Shown one piece after another: positions 59,066 through 64,000 of a stretch of DNA of 64,000 bases (position 1 is the stretch's first letter; the number at the start of each line of letters is the position of its first letter). The translations under genes and the position numbers were made by a program. The stretch lies in the NCBI GenBank assembly GCA_937996685.1, contig CALKUP010000015.1, positions 7,900 through 71,899 of the forward strand, read 5' to 3'. The DNA is from an uncultured bacterium (GTDB taxonomy: Bacteria; Patescibacteriota; Patescibacteriia; UBA9570; XYC2-FULL-38-9). The notes under the pieces were generated by a model. It was not told the DNA's origin. It saw only the letters and a list, made by a program, of their open reading frames with translations, and made no database searches.

Positions 59066-60430
59066 TTATTGAACAGCCGGTGGATAGGCATCATACATCA
59101 ATAATTGACCGGTTTTTGTACCATCGATGAGCATATCAAATCCAATTGATTTTCCAGCAATTTCGCCAATCATGCGATAAACTGGCTTCAAATACACTCC
59201 TTCGCTTGATTGTGTTTTTTCGGTCAGCATTTCATATTCCAAGTGAAAACCAGTTGGCGCAAACGTTGCCGGTTGTCCAAAGCCTACTGCTCCGCCTGTA
59301 AATGGCTCTGCAAACAAGAATCGTTTTGGATACACACCTAATCCAGAATTTTCTCCAAACGCACCTTTTTTCCATTCAGCTAAAAACTGATTGTATGCAT
59401 CGTTTGCTGAGAGCATCTCAACATCTTTCACCGCATCTCCTTTTTGAATCATTGTTCCAACTAATACTCGCAACCGACCATCAATCACAACCGCAGACCA
59501 ACTACGCTGTTTGCTGACAATACCATCAATTGTATAGTCTGGTGGGTACAGCAGATATTGCGCGCCTCCAACAACACCCGCAGGCGGCGCTGCAACAGCA
59601 CTCTGAATTTGTTCCGCTGTTGTTGCGTATAATTTCGCGAGCAACTCTTTCGCCTCTTGTTCTCCGTTTGCTGCTGCAACATCCGCTGTTTGCGAAAACC
59701 GAACAAAACCACTTGGTGATAACACGATACATTTTTGTGTCGGGGAATTTTCTGAGAACGCACACGCCAATGGATCTGCGCCAGTTTTTTGAATCGGGGC
59801 GTTGACGAATACCTCATTTGAAAATGGATCAACTACTACTCCAAATAACTGCTCTGTAATTCTAAACATTGCCGCACGATCTTTCAGCTCAGCGTCTGTT
59901 GCCGTGCGTACAGTAAACACTGTAGCAGCACGCGCATCTTGCGCATCTTGCGCTTCTGGCGTGAAGGCCGCAAACGCCCATTTCGCTGTATTCATTTCCA
60001 GCGCACCGCCGCGTGCAATTGTTGCATCTTGATACGCACTGTAATCATATTCCCGTTTTCGTGGCAATGCAGATTGCGCAATCACTGGAGCTGTCACCGT
60101 CTCATTTACTGGGATATTTGCATTGTTTGTATTCACAGCATCATTTGATGGGGTATTCACTTGTTGTGCGATTTCAGATGTCGGCGTCGCACGAGACAAG
60201 ATAACACCGAATCCAATAACAACAATTGCCGCGGCTCCAAGCGGGATAAAAACCATGCGCTGTTGAAACAATGATACAAACTTCTCCCATTGAGACGAGA
60301 CTTTCGACTCTTGCGGCTTCTCCACCTGCGTTGCCAAAATGGATTCCAACATCGCCGCCTTCTTCTGTGGGGTTAAACGCTCTGATCGACGAGCACTACT
60401 CTTTAATTGTTCTTCAATATTATATTTCAT
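59066..60430 (-). CDS. putative membrane anti-sigma factor
   Basis: Overlaps ECF gene; short cytoplasmic N-terminus, one TM, large extracellular domain. Confidence 0.7.
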   Translation of the reverse strand: MKYNIEEQLKSSARRSERLTPQKKAAMLESILATQVEKPQESKVSSQWEKFVSLFQQRMVFIPLGAAAIVVIGFGVILSRATPTSEIAQQVNTPSNDAVNTNNANIPVNETVTAPVIAQSALPRKREYDYSAYQDATIARGGALEMNTAKWAFAAFTPEAQDAQDARAATVFTVRTATDAELKDRAAMFRITEQLFGVVVDPFSNEVFVNAPIQKTGADPLACAFSENSPTQKCIVLSPSGFVRFSQTADVAAANGEQEAKELLAKLYATTAEQIQSAVAAPPAGVVGGAQYLLYPPDYTIDGIVSKQRSWSAVVIDGRLRVLVGTMIQKGDAVKDVEMLSANDAYNQFLAEWKKGAFGENSGLGVYPKRFLFAEPFTGGAVGFGQPATFAPTGFHLEYEMLTEKTQSSEGVYLKPVYRMIGEIAGKSIGFDMLIDGTKTGQLLMYDAYPPAVQ

Positions 60431-60947
60431 ACTCTTTTTGTAATCGATCAATTGCACGAGACACTGCAGTTCGAATCGCGCCACTCTTCTTTCCTAGAAT
60501 ATGACCAATTTCTTCGAACGACAAATCTTCAATATACCGCAGCTCGAGCATTTCTTGCACTGACTTTGGCAAGACTCCAATTTTCTTCCAAAGCAATTGA
60601 ATATCCATCTGCGTCATAACCGTATCACTGCGGTCATCTTGTAATTCAAGTGCGTCAACATCAACGACGATTGCGTGCTTACGATAATAATCAACACACA
60701 ATGAACGAGCAACTTGATACAAGTACGCCGAATATGGATACCCTTGCCACGAGAAACGCGACAATTGAGTAAATGCTCGCGTGAATAATTCGGCCGTCAT
60801 ATCTTCTGCCGTTTCAGGATTTTGACCTGTCCGAAAATACAAAAATTGATACATTCTATCAATGTATTTTTCATACAACACAGCAAAGGCCTGCGGGTCT
60901 TGCTGGGCCGCGAGAATCAATTGTTGATCTTCGTGAGCTTCATTCAT
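60420..60947 (-). CDS. ECF sigma-70 factor
   Basis: AF..LY..Y, AED, YLYQ.AR...D, LRY...LS..EI..ILG. Confidence 0.93.
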   Translation of the reverse strand: MNEAHEDQQLILAAQQDPQAFAVLYEKYIDRMYQFLYFRTGQNPETAEDMTAELFTRAFTQLSRFSWQGYPYSAYLYQVARSLCVDYYRKHAIVVDVDALELQDDRSDTVMTQMDIQLLWKKIGVLPKSVQEMLELRYIEDLSFEEIGHILGKKSGAIRTAVSRAIDRLQKEYEI

Positions 60948-60966
60948 ACGATGGCTTGCACTATCC

Positions 60967-60994
60967 TAAACGCAGTATACAAGAAAATGTTACA
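60967..60994 (-). promoter_or_regulatory. autoregulatory ECF promoter
   Basis: TGTAAC-16-CGTTTA directly upstream of sigma gene. Confidence 0.7.
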
Positions 60995-61016
60995 GCCACC
61001 TATCAGCCAAAACAAA

Positions 61017-61224
61017 AACACTCCCGAAAAGGAGTGCTTTTTTTGATCAACACAATTCAGTAGGCAAGAGAATATCAAATTGGACGATTCGAGCCGTAGC
61101 CTGAGTTCTCCAACAGTGAGGTTCCCATGCTTGTCGTGCCTACTGGATTGTAGTGACCAAGCGTGTGTACATTCTGTGAAATGAGCTGTCTCAATCGCTG
61201 TCTGACTGGTGTGTCATACTGCGA
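61017..61224 (-). ncRNA. candidate structured ncRNA
   Basis: TTGACA-17-TATAGT promoter, 118-nt hairpin 61043..61160 with cUACGg loop, terminator; no ORF of plausible length. Confidence 0.55.
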
Positions 61225-61359
61225 CCCAGAACTATATGCCAAACAACGAGATTTGTCAAGGAGTGCTTTACGGCATTCTGTGTATAATCCTAATTTTTGG
61301 CTATTTTTAGCAAAATATTAGACAGCTTGTTATCCCCATGCTATACTATTCCCATATTT

Positions 61360-62406
61360 ATGGCTATTGACCTCATACCTCTACCGATCACTGAACCTGT
61401 AGAGCAACCAGAAGATACTTCCATTGAACAGACCTTGCGCCCTCAAGAGTTAGACTCTTATATTGGCCAAGAAACCGTCAAACAGAACCTCCAGATCATG
61501 ATGAGCGCCGCAAAAAAACGCGGACAACCACTTGATCACATTTTGCTTCATGGCAGTCCTGGGCTCGGGAAAACAACCCTGGCGCATATTATTGCACACG
61601 AGATGGGCGTTGGGATTCGCGTCACTTCCGGCCCTGCCATTGAACGCGCTGGCGATGTCGCGGCTATTTTAAGCGCACTACAACCAAATGATATCTTGTT
61701 TATTGATGAAATTCATCGCCTGCACAAAGTTGCGGAAGAAATCTTATATCCAGCAATGGAAGATTACGCACTTGATGTTGTGACCGGTAAAGGCCTGGCA
61801 GCTCGGACACTGCGCATTGATTTACCACGCTTTACAATTATCGGCGCGACCACTCGCATGTCGTTAATTTCCGCTCCCTTGCGTGATCGATTTGGCGTCC
61901 ATTATAAATTGGAGTTTTATTCAACCGCGGAAATGGAGACGATTATTCGTCGCACCAGCGATATCCTCGGCATCACCATTGATACAGAAACGGCACATGT
62001 CATTGCAACCCGTAGCCGAAAAACGCCACGCATTGCCAATCGGTTAATGAAACGCGTCCGGGATTACGCGGAAGTGCATAATAATGGCGTGATTACACCT
62101 GAAACAGCTGTTGCAGCCTTAGAGCTACTCCATATCGACGCGCTTGGACTGGATGACGTTGATCGCAAAATCCTTGAAACGATTATCACGCATTATCAAG
62201 GCGGCCCTGTTGGCCTTGGCACACTCGCCTCTGCCACCGCAGAAGAACAAGAAACCATCGAAGAGGTCCACGAACCATATCTCTTGCAAATCGGCATGCT
62301 CTCTCGCACACCGCGCGGTCGCATGGCAACAGCGCAGGCATGGAAACACCTTGGACTCACGCCTCCCGCAGATAACGCGCAACAAGGAAGCTTGCTCGCC
62401 GAATAA
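61360..62406 (+). CDS. ruvB: Holliday junction branch migration helicase RuvB
   Basis: [38 protein letters not shown]. Confidence 0.97.
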   Translation: MAIDLIPLPITEPVEQPEDTSIEQTLRPQELDSYIGQETVKQNLQIMMSAAKKRGQPLDHILLHGSPGLGKTTLAHIIAHEMGVGIRVTSGPAIERAGDVAAILSALQPNDILFIDEIHRLHKVAEEILYPAMEDYALDVVTGKGLAARTLRIDLPRFTIIGATTRMSLISAPLRDRFGVHYKLEFYSTAEMETIIRRTSDILGITIDTETAHVIATRSRKTPRIANRLMKRVRDYAEVHNNGVITPETAVAALELLHIDALGLDDVDRKILETIITHYQGGPVGLGTLASATAEEQETIEEVHEPYLLQIGMLSRTPRGRMATAQAWKHLGLTPPADNAQQGSLLAE

Positions 62407-62445
62407 ACCGTTGAGTCAGGCGCAGTGTAGTGGTATACTATTTTT

Positions 62446-62727
62446 ATGCAAGTCCCATTTTGGATATTATTAATCCCCTATATTTTTGGGATTATCGCCT
62501 TCACATTTTGGATGATTATCAATGTGTATCATCTCATTAAATTTGGTTTTTTTGATTTCACCGGGAAAATCACACTCCTTATTTTCGGCGCTCTCGCATT
62601 GATTGTCGTTGGTTTTTCCATCCTCTTTTTATGGAACACGCCATGGACCAGTACATTTAATATCTGGGATATCCCGAGCGCGCTGATTCCATTGCCGCAA
62701 AAATACAACCCAACATTGATTCAATAG
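62446..62727 (+). CDS. hypothetical 2-TM membrane protein
   Basis: Leaderless start after TATACT; hydrophobic. Confidence 0.65.
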   Translation: MQVPFWILLIPYIFGIIAFTFWMIINVYHLIKFGFFDFTGKITLLIFGALALIVVGFSILFLWNTPWTSTFNIWDIPSALIPLPQKYNPTLIQ

Positions 62728-62730
62728 CAT

Positions 62731-63474
62731 ATGCCTGGACTTGTACAACACACACCATCCCGCTTCAGTGAACACGAAGAACTCCGCTTTCCAACCCAGC
62801 GTCCGAATGAACACGTCGTTTTGTTATTGCGCCGTCATTGGACGATTATCGCAAAAGACGTCATTCAACTCGTTCTCGCTCTCTGTTTTTTACCGATTTT
62901 ACTTGCTGTCTTATTACTCTACTCAGACTTCACACTCTTTCCTGGAACTCTCAGCTTCGTGATTACAATTGAAGTCTTGAGTTTATATATTATCTTTGCG
63001 TTTTTATTTTATTTTGATTCATTTGTTGATTATCATTTAGATATTTGGGTTGTGACTGACGGCCGGATTGTCAGCATTGAACAAAACGGAGTATTTCGTC
63101 GCATTGTTTCAGAGCTCAATATTTTGCAAATGCAAGATGTGACATCTGAAGTAAACGGTTGGTTGCAAACCTTTCTGGATTTTGGACAAGTCTACATTCA
63201 AACTGCTGGTGAAAAACAACGCTTTGTTTTTGAAGAAGTCGCTCATCCATCCGAAGTTGCGAAAGTCATTCTACAAGTCCATGATCGAGCGGTAAAAATG
63301 CGTGACATCGCACAAGCGCGTGATCAATTGGCCTATGAGCAGGTTTACGAACAAGCTCAAACACAAACGCAAGTCCCAACGGCCGTTCCCCCGATGAACG
63401 TTGCGGAACACCAAAAAACAGTTGAACACCGCTCACGTTTACACATGCTGATGCACGATAACGATGCTGAATAA
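62731..63474 (+). CDS. bacterial PH-domain membrane protein
   Basis: LRRHW, VT..RI, QDV, FG.V.IQTAG. Confidence 0.8.
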   Translation: MPGLVQHTPSRFSEHEELRFPTQRPNEHVVLLLRRHWTIIAKDVIQLVLALCFLPILLAVLLLYSDFTLFPGTLSFVITIEVLSLYIIFAFLFYFDSFVDYHLDIWVVTDGRIVSIEQNGVFRRIVSELNILQMQDVTSEVNGWLQTFLDFGQVYIQTAGEKQRFVFEEVAHPSEVAKVILQVHDRAVKMRDIAQARDQLAYEQVYEQAQTQTQVPTAVPPMNVAEHQKTVEHRSRLHMLMHDNDAE

Positions 63475-64000
63475 CGATACCTTCCCCATTCAATTTACAC
63501 TCCCTGACGAGTTGATTGCACAGGCACCCGTTTCTGGAACACGGGACCAATCTCGCCTACTGGTTGTTGAGCGCAATACGAAACGACTTGAGCACACACA
63601 GTTTTTTGATATCACACGTCACCTCAAAGCCGGTGATTTGTTGGTTGTGAATAATTCAAAAGTTATTCCAGCTCGGCTATTTGGCCAAAAAACAACCGGC
63701 GGGCATGTGGAAGTGTTTTTACTCAGACCACTAGCTGGAGCAACCCAATCTGACACCCAGGAAACCTGGGAAGCAATGATTCGTTTTCGGGGTGCTAAAG
63801 CTGGAATGTCTTGCTCAATTTTGGACGCGACAAACAACCCAGTTGATGGCGCAGGCGTCACACTGCTTGAAAAAATATCAGAAAAAACCTGGTCTGTTGA
63901 AATTCACAGCAGCGCAGGCAGCAGCGTTCGCGACCTCATTGAACAGTGTGGGCACATGCCAATTCCGCCGTATATTGATCGCTCGGGCATGTCAGAACAA
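63464..64000 (+). CDS. queA: SAM:tRNA ribosyltransferase-isomerase, truncated by window edge
   Basis: Hand translation: LPDELIAQAP...RDQSRLLV...GDLLVVNNSKVIPARL; absent from ORF track. Confidence 0.93.
   Translation, partial: MLNNDTFPIQFTLPDELIAQAPVSGTRDQSRLLVVERNTKRLEHTQFFDITRHLKAGDLLVVNNSKVIPARLFGQKTTGGHVEVFLLRPLAGATQSDTQETWEAMIRFRGAKAGMSCSILDATNNPVDGAGVTLLEKISEKTWSVEIHSSAGSSVRDLIEQCGHMPIPPYIDRSGMSEQ

Noticed and set aside
61043-61160. SRP (4.5S) RNA identity for the long hairpin
   Set aside because: Has TCAGG but lacks the GNRA loop and AGCAG of helix 8
1-64000. Prophage, IS or diversity-generating retroelement
   Set aside because: No integrase, transposase, reverse transcriptase or structural genes; no repeat pair seen differing only at adenines
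1-64000. Stop-codon reassignment (code 25)
   Set aside because: TGA ends genes normally (e.g. 1162, 27442, 33074) and long genes are intact under code 11

Overview
Bacterial chromosomal window (genetic code 11). It is most consistent with a Patescibacteria/CPR genome; this is inferred from gene content, large surface proteins and SD-less core genes, not proven. Core genes are CCA-adding enzyme (partial), valS, ruvB, queA (partial), a PilB/GspE ATPase, a YidC-like insertase, class II photolyase, DsbA, Hsp20, FKBP, an OmpR-type two-component system, Zur-ZnuA-YibE/F, an ECF sigma/anti-sigma pair and four tRNAs (Arg-TCT, His-GTG, CAT, Glu-TTC). It also encodes several large secreted proteins (ELWxxDGT, CSLREA, M23/FG-GAP, VanW). 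No CRISPR, integrase, transposase or reverse transcriptase was seen. The most unusual signal is a two-tier gene architecture. Core genes are leaderless or lack Shine-Dalgarno sites. About nine GC-richer stand-alone cassettes between them carry strong GGAGG SD sites, structured leaders and 3' hairpins, and several share a TAGGnT -10. Two cassettes are paralogous units whose UTR structures are conserved far better than their small membrane proteins. Also found: a cobalamin-riboswitch-like RNA ahead of a twin-arginine LysM-like lipoprotein, an unannotated structured ncRNA, tRNA 3'-end/T-arm repeats, a shared basic C-terminal domain on two giant surface proteins, and readable ECF, OmpR-type and Zur operator motifs.
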